DNA from: Bacteriovoracaceae bacterium | GTDB lineage: Bacteria; Bdellovibrionota; Bacteriovoracia; Bacteriovoracales; Bacteriovoracaceae | DNA length: 24,000 bases | Assembly (NCBI GenBank): GCA_040399915.1 | Contig: JBBARE010000001.1 | Coordinates: 44,100 to 68,099 of the forward strand | Reading direction: 5' to 3' | Shown: piece after piece, positions 1 to 8,348 of the stretch | Position numbering within the stretch: position 1 is the first letter of the stretch | Layout: every line of letters starts with the position of its first letter | Position numbers and translations under genes: made by a program | The notes under the pieces: generated by a model | Database searches by the model: none | Told to the model about the DNA's origin: nothing | Seen by the model: the letters and a program-made list of their open reading frames with translations, nothing else

Positions 1-148
1 TAAAACTAACCCTTTTCAAGGATGATATTATCTAATGTCAAAGATGAAGATCCTTCGGTATTTTACGAATGTGCCGAGGTTCATAAGAACAGGCCCGAAC
101 CTCCCAAATAACGATGGATAGGCGTCTCGTAAAACAAGCGGCCTTCAT

Positions 149-1195
149 TTACTCATGATCATCTGGTTCAGCTACGAGTTCTGCATCCGGCTCAATGATC
201 ATCCCAGAAAAATAAGAGTTTTGCTCAACCCAGTCCCGATCAACCCATTTAAATTTTCTAGAAAACACATCGAGGTTGTTTCTGTCTTTGATGGTCATCG
301 TTATAACGGGCGCAGCACCTTCCCAGGAAATATCCACAAGGCCAAAACTTAGCCCAAAAAAACTTGTTTCATATTTCCTGCCGAGATACCACCATGTATT
401 TTTTGGTGCAATGTGAGTCATCCCACTCGACATGAATTCAAGGTACCCACGCGCTCGAAAAATGCTCGAGAAATGCTTATCTCCTGTGAGAAAGACGATA
501 CCCTTGGTTTTGTATTTTTGCAGAAGACTTGTCATGCGGTTAAGTTCAGTCGTGTGCTGCGCCCATTCTTCTGTGATAGGAAGAAGGGGGGACAGAACGG
601 AGAGGCCAGTCATTATAAAGTTAACTCCTGCAGATGAATTTTTAAGCTCTTCCTCTAGCCATAACCACTGGGCTTCTCCCAAGAGAGGCGTCTTGGTATC
701 AAGCGCCTTAAAGTAGCGGTTATCCAAAAGGATGAGCTTAACTTGATGATCGTCTCTTCCAAAATCATAACTGGTATAAATACCATCACGTCCCCGCCTT
801 GGTGAATCGCTTGGTTCATTTACAAAATCGAGAAAGAATTTCTGGCTCGCTTTCTTATTTATGAAAAATCCATCGGCATTATCACCGGCAAAATCATGAT
901 CATCCCAAGTTCCAAGAACAGGAACTGTAGATGAAAGTTGTTTGTAATCGGTATTATTTTTCTGCTTAGTATAAGAAGCTTCAATATTATAAGTTTGATC
1001 CCAATCAGCATAAATAGCATCTCCCGCCCAGAGAAAGAGATCTGGCCTAGAAGCGATAATCGGCTTCCATAAGGGTTGGGCATGAGTCTGATCATTACAA
1101 GATCCAAAAGCAAATCTTGTGAGCTTATCTGGTAGAGTTTGGGCATTAAGAGAGAATGTGACCAGCATAACGATGACAGCAAATCCGTTTTGCAT
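149..1195 (-). CDS. Secreted PhoD-like phosphatase / metallophosphoesterase
   Basis: 348-aa ORF with an N-terminal hydrophobic signal peptide (MQNGFAVIVMLVTFSLNAQ). Metallophosphatase-type motifs are present: FGSCND, WAGDAIYAD, GTWDDHDF, LTGDKH, SSGMTH. A GGAGG sits 4 nt upstream of the ATG at 1195. Confidence 0.75.
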   Translation of the reverse strand: MQNGFAVIVMLVTFSLNAQTLPDKLTRFAFGSCNDQTHAQPLWKPIIASRPDLFLWAGDAIYADWDQTYNIEASYTKQKNNTDYKQLSSTVPVLGTWDDHDFAGDNADGFFINKKASQKFFLDFVNEPSDSPRRGRDGIYTSYDFGRDDHQVKLILLDNRYFKALDTKTPLLGEAQWLWLEEELKNSSAGVNFIMTGLSVLSPLLPITEEWAQHTTELNRMTSLLQKYKTKGIVFLTGDKHFSSIFRARGYLEFMSSGMTHIAPKNTWWYLGRKYETSFFGLSFGLVDISWEGAAPVITMTIKDRNNLDVFSRKFKWVDRDWVEQNSYFSGMIIEPDAELVAEPDDHE

Positions 1196-1393
1196 ATGAC
1201 CTCCATGGCGAGTTAAATAGTTGCACTCATTGGTGGAAATGAAAAAAGAAAGAGTCGTCTTAAAAGTAAATTAATCTAATCTTGATCTGAACTTAACATT
1301 GGTAAAGGATTCTTAATAAAAGCCTCTATGCAGGAGATTTTAAATTTATTTGTGTATGATGAAGTTTAGCTTTAGCAGTAACCTTATTCTGTC

Positions 1394-1428
1394 GCCGCTC
1401 TGAGAAGCGGCCACTTTTCTCTTTTTTT
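1394..1428 (+). terminator. Possible rho-independent terminator or attenuator hairpin (GCCGCT-CTGAGA-AGCGGC followed by a T-rich tract)
   Basis: A 6-bp GC-rich stem (1394-1399 / 1406-1411) is followed by CACTTTTCTCTTTTTTT. No annotated plus-strand ORF lies upstream of it. It sits about 190 nt upstream of the lipoprotein gene at 1621. Confidence 0.3.
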
Positions 1429-1620
1429 AGTACCACTACCTCTCCCCCTTGAGCGGGACAGAATCTTGAATAGAACATACTGAACCATCGGTCTTTGGAT
1501 AAACGTCCCTAGCATTTTTTTTCTTAAGAAGACTCATGATTTCAGTACCTTGAACGAGTTCACCTCTAAGAATATTGTGCTTAGATTAAGTATTTTTTAA
1601 ATAAATGCCGAAATATTAAA

Positions 1621-2379
1621 ATGAAGTTTAGTTATGGAATCAGTCAATTAATTGTCTATGCCATGCTCACGGGGTGCGTTGGTGGTGGGCAAGGTAGCTT
1701 GTTTCAACCAGGCAGTTCCACTGATACCAGTGGAAATTTTCAGGGTTGTGTAACCGGTGATCCAATTGACTCATCTAGAATTCGGGTCAATTTCAGTTGG
1801 CCAGCGGATGCATCAGAGATGGACATCTACCGAAATGGGAGCTTAGTTGCGACATTTACTGACGAATCAGTCACTAGTTTTATAGATTTAAATCTTCAAG
1901 AGGGTGGTAGCTACCAATACCGTTGTGACGCTAAAATCAATGGAATCTTGAAGCAAGGGTCTAACGTTCTTAACTTAAGTCCCATCAACGTTAATGCTCC
2001 TATTTTTTCGGGTATCTTTTCGGCGACTCCAAAATTGAATGATCCGGACAACGATTCCATCACTGTTTCGTGGAATCCAGCAAGTAGTTCTGGACCACTT
2101 GTGAGCTATTACAAAATTTACGCTAAACCAGGTTGCTCTATGATTGGAGCTGATTTTCAGGCTCCACCAAAAATCATTTCTACACTTGGGAACCTCTCAG
2201 TTGATATTGATGGTATTGGCGACGAAATTCCGTTTTCATTTGCAGTGCGGGCGTGCACTTCAAACGACATTTGCGATGAAAATTTAAATGTTAAATATAT
2301 TACGCCAGTCTGTTCGGATTCTGGACTACCTGATACTGGAGCTCCAAAAAATTTAAAGGCTATCGCTAGACTGTTTTGA
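1621..2379 (+). CDS. Lipoprotein with fibronectin type III-like repeats (function unknown)
   Basis: Lipobox AMLTG|C at the N-terminus. Two FN3-like stretches are visible: IRVNFSWPADASEMDIYRNG...GGSYQYRC and SITVSWNPASSSGPLVSYYKIYAKPG. Confidence 0.6.
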   Translation: MKFSYGISQLIVYAMLTGCVGGGQGSLFQPGSSTDTSGNFQGCVTGDPIDSSRIRVNFSWPADASEMDIYRNGSLVATFTDESVTSFIDLNLQEGGSYQYRCDAKINGILKQGSNVLNLSPINVNAPIFSGIFSATPKLNDPDNDSITVSWNPASSSGPLVSYYKIYAKPGCSMIGADFQAPPKIISTLGNLSVDIDGIGDEIPFSFAVRACTSNDICDENLNVKYITPVCSDSGLPDTGAPKNLKAIARLF

Positions 2380-2697
2380 TCAAATAAAATCCGTAACACA
2401 TAAACAGCCAGAGCTGGAGATGAGCTACACCCTGTTTTTTTAAAGGTGACCAAGAGGCATGTTCAGAAGCTACCCAACAGCTCCCAAACAGGCCACTGTT
2501 AAAAAATTGTACAGTCCCTGGTAATCTCTACAATCCAAACCGCCGCCTCGCAAATTTTGACTAGAATCCCCCTATATCAATAAAGGTCGAAACAATTAAA
2601 ACGCTAGCACTATTCTTTCTTTTACTTAGTCCTGCGTTTTTTTGCGGCTGATTTAAAAATTGAAGAAAATCTTACATTTAAGGCAATCGTTCAGGAG

Positions 2698-4746
2698 TTG
2701 AGCTCGCCTGGATCGACACCTGAAATCTATCCTCTATCTGAAAAATACAGACTAGACCTAACGCTAGAAGATCTAATAGATCAGACCTCGATCATAACTG
2801 AAGACCTAAAAGGCATTCACGAGCGTCTTAAATTGGCCCTTCATATTGACGGCCAAAATATAAACTTCCTTCGCTGGTTTAAAGAATTAAAGGAAGTGGC
2901 TTCAGAAGATGAATCTCTCCTTAAAAAACTTAACACTCATCTTTATTTACAATTCTACTCCGCAGGTGGAACAGCTCTGCTTCCAGACTATAAATACATC
3001 GATTTCAAAAAAATAAAGGATAATGGCAAACTTTCACGCATCAGGAAATACAACAAGATTGCATCTGATCCGGAAGCTCAAGGCCTGTTAATGGCGTTTG
3101 CTAAAATGCCGGACGTTCGTTTCTTTAAGAATAATTTGACTGTCGCAAAACTTAAAAAAGTTAAGTTTAGAGTCCTTGTGAAACTAAAAAAGCAGTATTA
3201 CGAGAAACTTGCTGAACTTTATAATGCGAAGGATCCTTCCGTCATTTATGAAAACAGAGGTGGCAAATTAATCGCGACGAACGTTCTAAAAGATATTCCT
3301 CACAAAGTGAAGAAACTCTTTAAAACCTTGCAGGCCCTTTCAAACAAACATCAAATTTTCTTATATCTTGCAGGAGAAGTACCAAACTTCCCCTATTCAA
3401 ACTCAATGCATCTTTTGACGATTCAATTCATCGAGAAAAACTTTGATGCGATATTAGAGAGTTTAAAAGATTATACTTTTTCTCAAATTATTAATGCTGA
3501 TGATGACGAGTACATTCTCGCACTTAGAAGATGGATGGATAAGAACATTCTAACTATTGAAAAGGATCTTAAAGAATACAACCAGAAGAACGCTACTAGT
3601 CTAAAGATATGCTTTAAAGATCATTCAAAGAAGCCACGTCGACTAGAGGCGATCATTTCTCAAGAAACACTTCTAAAATTGTATCCTCAAGCCCCTTGGA
3701 TAAAGGGAAAACATGGTGTTGTTTTTAACCAAAACGGTAAAGAAATCTACTTTGATAAAAATATCTTTCAAACTGCTGGTCGCGCCCTCGCTAAACTTGG
3801 TCATAATCTAATCCAAACTGAAACTTACTTATCACTTTTGGCAGGAACGACAACTCTAGTCTTAACACAAGGGAATGTACCTCTTGCGATGGGAACACAA
3901 AGTCTTGTTAAAAATGCTATTGAAACAGCTCGATATGATAGAGAGTGGAGTGAGTTTTTAAAAGATGCGCCTCAGGAAGTCATAAATACGTTTCTTCTTT
4001 CTTCAGGTTTTGCTGCTGGCAGATTTTATAAAATCCTTGCACTCGGAGCTGGGCAAGGTGCCCTACAGAGTTATTTTACAGGTCAAGACATCCGCACAGG
4101 TGCCTTGGTAGGAGCAGGAATTAGCCTTCTTCAGTATTACGTTATACCAACAAATATTAGTCGACCTATGACTAAGGGCTATGATGCTAAATCGCTGGCC
4201 TTAAACCGTCGCTTAGAAACTCTCGAAAAGTCCGTCCGTGGTCTACTTCAAGGTTCAACGGTGGCGTTAATTGAGGGGGAATCAATTGCAAAAGCATCAA
4301 TAAAAGGTCTTCTGTTCGGATTTGTTTCAGCAAAAGTTATGATTTGGTTTTACGGTACACGCTATTATGCTTTTAAAGATTTTGATCCCGCTGAAGTAGA
4401 TGAAATGATCGCACTTGAAAATGAATATCAAAACCAGGTTGGTCGTGGGGGATCCTACAACATCAACCGTCAACTTATTTTGGATGCTAACTACCGTATT
4501 GGAGGAGTACTTCCAGATATGATTACAGCATCAATTACACTTCCCGGTAACGTCTCAGTCTCCGATACACATTTCAATAAACTTACAGTACTTACTCACG
4601 AAGCTCATCACTTAATGCAGCAGCATCAATCGGGAGTTTTTGGTTTCTATCTCTTTCGATATTTACCGACTTCATTTATAACTGGATACAGTGGACATCC
4701 TGATGAAAATTTCCTTAGGGATGTATTGGGTCATGGTCACTCATAA
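2698..4746 (+). CDS. Large hypothetical protein with a Lys-rich helical N-terminal region, a central Gly-rich hydrophobic region and a C-terminal HExxH motif (DUF4157-like HEAHHLMQQ)
   Basis: 682-codon ORF with no obvious signal peptide. HEAHH is encoded at 4597-4611 and followed by LMQQ, resembling the HExxHxxQQ signature I associate with DUF4157-type putative metallopeptidase domains. The start is uncertain: the ORF opens with TTG at 2698 directly abutting an AGGAG (zero spacing), and there is no nearby in-frame ATG. Confidence 0.6.
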   Translation: MSSPGSTPEIYPLSEKYRLDLTLEDLIDQTSIITEDLKGIHERLKLALHIDGQNINFLRWFKELKEVASEDESLLKKLNTHLYLQFYSAGGTALLPDYKYIDFKKIKDNGKLSRIRKYNKIASDPEAQGLLMAFAKMPDVRFFKNNLTVAKLKKVKFRVLVKLKKQYYEKLAELYNAKDPSVIYENRGGKLIATNVLKDIPHKVKKLFKTLQALSNKHQIFLYLAGEVPNFPYSNSMHLLTIQFIEKNFDAILESLKDYTFSQIINADDDEYILALRRWMDKNILTIEKDLKEYNQKNATSLKICFKDHSKKPRRLEAIISQETLLKLYPQAPWIKGKHGVVFNQNGKEIYFDKNIFQTAGRALAKLGHNLIQTETYLSLLAGTTTLVLTQGNVPLAMGTQSLVKNAIETARYDREWSEFLKDAPQEVINTFLLSSGFAAGRFYKILALGAGQGALQSYFTGQDIRTGALVGAGISLLQYYVIPTNISRPMTKGYDAKSLALNRRLETLEKSVRGLLQGSTVALIEGESIAKASIKGLLFGFVSAKVMIWFYGTRYYAFKDFDPAEVDEMIALENEYQNQVGRGGSYNINRQLILDANYRIGGVLPDMITASITLPGNVSVSDTHFNKLTVLTHEAHHLMQQHQSGVFGFYLFRYLPTSFITGYSGHPDENFLRDVLGHGHS

Positions 4747-4993
4747 TTGCAAGATATCAGCTGAAAGAACTTTCCCGAATTTTCCTAAAAGATTTGTTAT
4801 AACGGTGTCTTGCTGAAATTTTTCAAAGCAAAGCACAACTTTCTTAACTGAAGCAACATCTGACTTTACGATGATCTCCTCCATCTTACTGATACTTTTT
4901 AAGTAGACTTCGTCTTTTTTAATTTTATTGCAGCTCTAAGTCATCAATATTTGCATCTCCGATGCTATAGTTTTATCTGTAATAAGGAGCTTT

Positions 4994-5695
4994 ATGAAAC
5001 AACTATTTCTCGCACTTTTCCTGTGCCCTATTTTTCATGCACACGCGCAACTCACAAATGAATCAGAGGTGGGTATTGCCTCGGCAAATGGAAACACCCG
5101 AACACAAACCTATAACATAAAACAACTTAATGATTATAAGTGGGAGCAAAAAACCATTGGTTTTCGTTCACGCTATTTAAATGCTAAGGCCAATGGTATT
5201 GAGACAGCGCGCTTTTTTATGGCGGGAACCAGATTTGAACAAAAAACGACAGACTTTATTTCGCTCTACTTAGGTGAGACTTTCGAAAAAGATAAATTCG
5301 CCAACATTGACAAACGTCTCATGACCGACGCCGGTGCAAAATATATTGCTCTAGAAACTGAAAGAACAAAATTTTTCACAGAGCTGGGTTATCGCTATAT
5401 GCATGAAGATCGCCTTGACGACTCTACCGCGTTTAGTAGTTACGGCCGCCTTTATTCAGAGTGGGAACATAAATGGAACCCGGGATTTTCAACTCGTTAT
5501 TTGGGTGAATACCTTCCGAACATTTCTGAAGCAAACGACTGGCAATTTAATACTGAGCTTTCTGCGTCTGCTGTGATGACGAGCATTTTCTCGTTAAAAA
5601 CAGGTATTCTTCTTCGCTACGATCACTTGCCAGCACCGGGTGTAAAATACAAAACAGATACTCTCTTTACGACAGCGATTGTAGCGAAATTCTAG
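4994..5695 (+). CDS. DUF481 / YdiY-family outer-membrane beta-barrel protein
   Basis: Signal peptide MKQLFLALFLCPIFHAHA|Q. The family-typical GIASANGNTRTQTY motif (compare GYLAQSGNTKSS in E. coli YdiY) is present, with alternating beta-strand pattern and a C-terminal aromatic residue (VAKF). AAGGAG lies 7 nt upstream of the ATG. Confidence 0.8.
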   Translation: MKQLFLALFLCPIFHAHAQLTNESEVGIASANGNTRTQTYNIKQLNDYKWEQKTIGFRSRYLNAKANGIETARFFMAGTRFEQKTTDFISLYLGETFEKDKFANIDKRLMTDAGAKYIALETERTKFFTELGYRYMHEDRLDDSTAFSSYGRLYSEWEHKWNPGFSTRYLGEYLPNISEANDWQFNTELSASAVMTSIFSLKTGILLRYDHLPAPGVKYKTDTLFTTAIVAKF

Positions 5696-5715
5696 ATCTT
5701 GAGCTGCCTGCAACA

Positions 5716-6552
5716 CTATTTAAAGCTATTCCCTTTACTGTAGAAAGTAAAACCTCCGCGGGTAAATGAACTGAACGGAAACTCAATTTTTGAAATGGAA
5801 TCAGTAGAGCCAATAACCAATATGCCGTCTGCTTTCAAACAAGAGGCAAAATTCTGCAGGATGAGTCTTTTATTAGCATCAGAGAAGTAGATGAAAGCAT
5901 TACGACAAAATATTATATCATAGCGCTGAGAACTTTGAGGTACTCGAAGCAGAAGATTTTCAGTACGAAAATCACACATGCCTTTAATCTGAATTCCAAC
6001 AGAGTGAGCATCTTCTTTTTCTTTGAGAAAATAACGACTGAAATAACCGCGGGGAACATCTTTAAGCGAACGCCCAGAGTAGACACCTTTTTTCGCCTTA
6101 TCAATAACTGCACGATCTAGGTCTGTACCCAAAACTCGTATGGAAGGAAAAACATTTCTGTCGAGTAATTCATTCAGAATAATCGCCATGGTGTAAGCTT
6201 CTTCCCCACTTGAACAAGCAGCAGACCAGAAACTAAAGGTAACGTCCCCGTTTCTTCTTTTTTTATCTACAATTTCAGGTAAAAGTAATTCTGAAAAAGC
6301 TTGAAGCTGACGAAACTCACGAAAAAAATACGTTTCATGTATTAAAAAATTTTCTGCAATTTCGATTAGTTCTTTGGACGTTGGAGATGCTGTTAAGAAA
6401 TTAAGAAAATCATGCTCGTGCAAAAATCCCGCTTTTGACTGGATAGAGCCGAGGGTAGACATTTGGGACATGAGCTTATTTTCATCGCAACGAATGCCGT
6501 ATTGTTTTTCGATGAGTAACGAAAGAGAGCGAATGGTTTCTTTATGCCACAT
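5716..6552 (-). CDS. cheR: Chemotaxis protein methyltransferase CheR
   Basis: Motifs ETYFFREFRQL, FWSAACSSGEEAYTMAIIL, VLGTDLDRAVIDKAKKGVY and IFCRNAFIYF. The ATG overlaps the cheB stop by 11 nt. Confidence 0.9.
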   Translation of the reverse strand: MWHKETIRSLSLLIEKQYGIRCDENKLMSQMSTLGSIQSKAGFLHEHDFLNFLTASPTSKELIEIAENFLIHETYFFREFRQLQAFSELLLPEIVDKKRRNGDVTFSFWSAACSSGEEAYTMAIILNELLDRNVFPSIRVLGTDLDRAVIDKAKKGVYSGRSLKDVPRGYFSRYFLKEKEDAHSVGIQIKGMCDFRTENLLLRVPQSSQRYDIIFCRNAFIYFSDANKRLILQNFASCLKADGILVIGSTDSISKIEFPFSSFTRGGFTFYSKGNSFK

Positions 6553-7459
6553 CAGAATTTCCCTTTATCACTCTTGACCATTTATGGATAAAGTCAGGGA
6601 TATCTAGCAAGCTAATCTCATTTGAAGTCGCTCCCATTTCGAGAGCAGTCTTAGGCATCCCAAATACAAGGGCAGATTGTCGTGATTCAGCAAAAGTCGA
6701 CGCCTCTAGATCTCTGGATAGTTTTAGCGCAAGCGCCCCATCGCTTCCCATTCCTGTCAAAATACCTGCGAGAAGATTCTTCCGAAATGCCAACGCAATA
6801 GAATAGAGAGAGAGGTCAATGAGAGGCTTGTGAAGTGTTTCTGGTGTGGTTGTTTGAAAAAAAACGGGCTTATGATTCCTATCTACCCCAAAAAATGATT
6901 GAAAACCTGAGGGCAAAACATACCACTTTCCTGGATTTAAAGGCCCAAGATGAGAGGCTTCGCAAATCATTAATTTGTCCTTGCGAGATAGATGATCCAC
7001 TAACCCTTGGGTCTGACCAGCAGGCATATGTTGAGCTAATACATAAATTGTTTGAGAGTTTAGCTGTATTTTAGGGAGAATTTTTTCAAGTGCTGCAGGC
7101 CCACCTGTACTAAGGCCAAGGAAAACGATATTTTGACTCGGCGTCATCCGGTAAGTAGCGGTCTTAAAGAGATGCCAGTATTCAGGGATCTGCGAAAAAA
7201 TATAAGGAAGGACACCAAACTTCATATCCTCTAGACCTTGATGAACAGGAACATGAATAGTCTTATTAAAACCAGCCAATGCCATAGACTCATCTGCAAT
7301 TAAAATATTAAAAAAATTTTCGTCGAGTGCTTGAAATTTATTATCTGCTCGTATTTTTGCATAAACTCGAACGCCAGCAGATAAAAGGTTTGATTCAATC
7401 CAGCTTCGAAAGACGGGTGAACTTGAATGAATAAAAATACGGATGTTACTAGGCTGCAT
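6542..7459 (-). CDS. cheB: Chemotaxis methylesterase CheB with a degenerate N-terminal receiver-like domain
   Basis: The catalytic domain carries GLSTGGPAALEKILP (Ser), AQHMPAGQTQGL (His) and LTGMGSDGA (Asp). The N-terminal ~100 aa are receiver-like but have IFIHSSSP where the DD acidic pocket is expected. The maximal ORF extends to a GTG at 7507. I prefer the ATG at 7459 (MQPSNIRIFIH) because it gives an 11-nt overlap identical to three other junctions in this block. Confidence 0.85.
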   Translation of the reverse strand: MQPSNIRIFIHSSSPVFRSWIESNLLSAGVRVYAKIRADNKFQALDENFFNILIADESMALAGFNKTIHVPVHQGLEDMKFGVLPYIFSQIPEYWHLFKTATYRMTPSQNIVFLGLSTGGPAALEKILPKIQLNSQTIYVLAQHMPAGQTQGLVDHLSRKDKLMICEASHLGPLNPGKWYVLPSGFQSFFGVDRNHKPVFFQTTTPETLHKPLIDLSLYSIALAFRKNLLAGILTGMGSDGALALKLSRDLEASTFAESRQSALVFGMPKTALEMGATSNEISLLDIPDFIHKWSRVIKGNSDVA

Positions 7460-8339
7460 GCTTAACAAACCAGTCTGAGTTAATAAAAAAGATTGTTCTG
7501 TCTTCACTAATACGCAACATTTTATGAATCCACGATTTACCCATACCGCTAAAAGTATCAGACAATAATTCCAAGCCGCTTTGCGAGAATGGAGTGACTT
7601 CTGTCATAAGCTCTACACGGTAGCCTATTAACTGATCCTCACACTTCACTACAATAATCTTTGAGGTATCTTTCCCCCCATTAAGATCTAAGTTCTGAAT
7701 TCCGGCAATTTTTCTGAGATCAATAACGGGAAGAACAATTCCACGCAAGTTTATGACCCCTTCAATAACAGATTTTGTATCAGGTACGGAACGGGATTCT
7801 TTACCTCTGATAATTTCAACAGTTTCTTCAATCGAAAAAGCATACTCACAGTTGCCGAGCTTAAAACAAATCGCTCTAGACGATGGAGTTGCTTCTTTAA
7901 CTAATGCAGCCGTATCAGAATCTACATTTTTTTCAGTTACAGACTCATCAGAAAAGAGATGATCCAAATCCAATAAGTAAATCGGTGCTAAAAAATCAGG
8001 CAAACTAAAAATGCGCTGACAAAACTTCGGAGATCCGCTGCTTTGTCCATGCGGTTTCTGTTGAACAGAATCCGAGTCCACATCAAAAATTCGACTTACC
8101 GAAGAAGTTGATAAACCGAGCATGTTCCCTTGTCGCTCTAACAAAATTGTTTTTTTGACTGTTTCTGATGAAGGAGCTCCCATTAAGAAGCTTCCGGCAT
8201 CACAAACCTTAATAAATTTCCCTCTGATACACTCCACTTGCTCTGAAACTGAAAGGCCATCACGTCGTATGACTTCTCTTACGTCACTTAAGGATACGGC
8301 AAAGTTGGTATCCGAAGCTTTAAATATAATAACTTTCAT
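7449..8339 (-). CDS. cheW: Double CheW-domain coupling protein
   Basis: There are two CheW-like modules. The N-terminal one is divergent (KVIIFKASDTNFAVSLSDVREVIR). The C-terminal one is canonical (ICFKLGNCEYAFSIEETVEIIR...VINLRGIVLPVIDLRKI...IIVVKCEDQLIGYRVELMTEV). The ATG at 8339 is preceded by GAGG at 5-nt spacing. The ORF track starts 2 codons earlier at a GTG (8345). Confidence 0.85.
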   Translation of the reverse strand: MKVIIFKASDTNFAVSLSDVREVIRRDGLSVSEQVECIRGKFIKVCDAGSFLMGAPSSETVKKTILLERQGNMLGLSTSSVSRIFDVDSDSVQQKPHGQSSGSPKFCQRIFSLPDFLAPIYLLDLDHLFSDESVTEKNVDSDTAALVKEATPSSRAICFKLGNCEYAFSIEETVEIIRGKESRSVPDTKSVIEGVINLRGIVLPVIDLRKIAGIQNLDLNGGKDTSKIIVVKCEDQLIGYRVELMTEVTPFSQSGLELLSDTFSGMGKSWIHKMLRISEDRTIFFINSDWFVKHAA

Positions 8340-8348
8340 AGGCACCTC

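Noticed and set aside
155-716. Plus-strand ORFs 155-352, 413-637 and 432-716, and minus-strand ORF 859-1206, all overlapping the PhoD-like gene
   Set aside because: These are shadow or alternative-frame ORFs inside a well-supported 348-aa CDS. None has a recognisable motif or RBS.
2157-2453. 98-aa minus-strand ORF overlapping the 3' end of the lipoprotein gene
   Set aside because: It is antisense to a CDS with clear lipobox and FN3-like features. Its composition looks like a reverse-frame artefact.
4741-4884. 47-aa minus-strand ORF (MEEIIVKSDVASVKKVVLCFEKFQQDTVITNLLGKFGKVLSADILQL) convergent with, and overlapping the stop of, the HExxH protein gene; considered as a possible small immunity-type partner
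   Set aside because: It has only a weak RBS (AGTAAG), no recognisable motif and is below the size where I can support a call from sequence alone. It is worth a look only if it is conserved next to homologs of the 682-aa protein.
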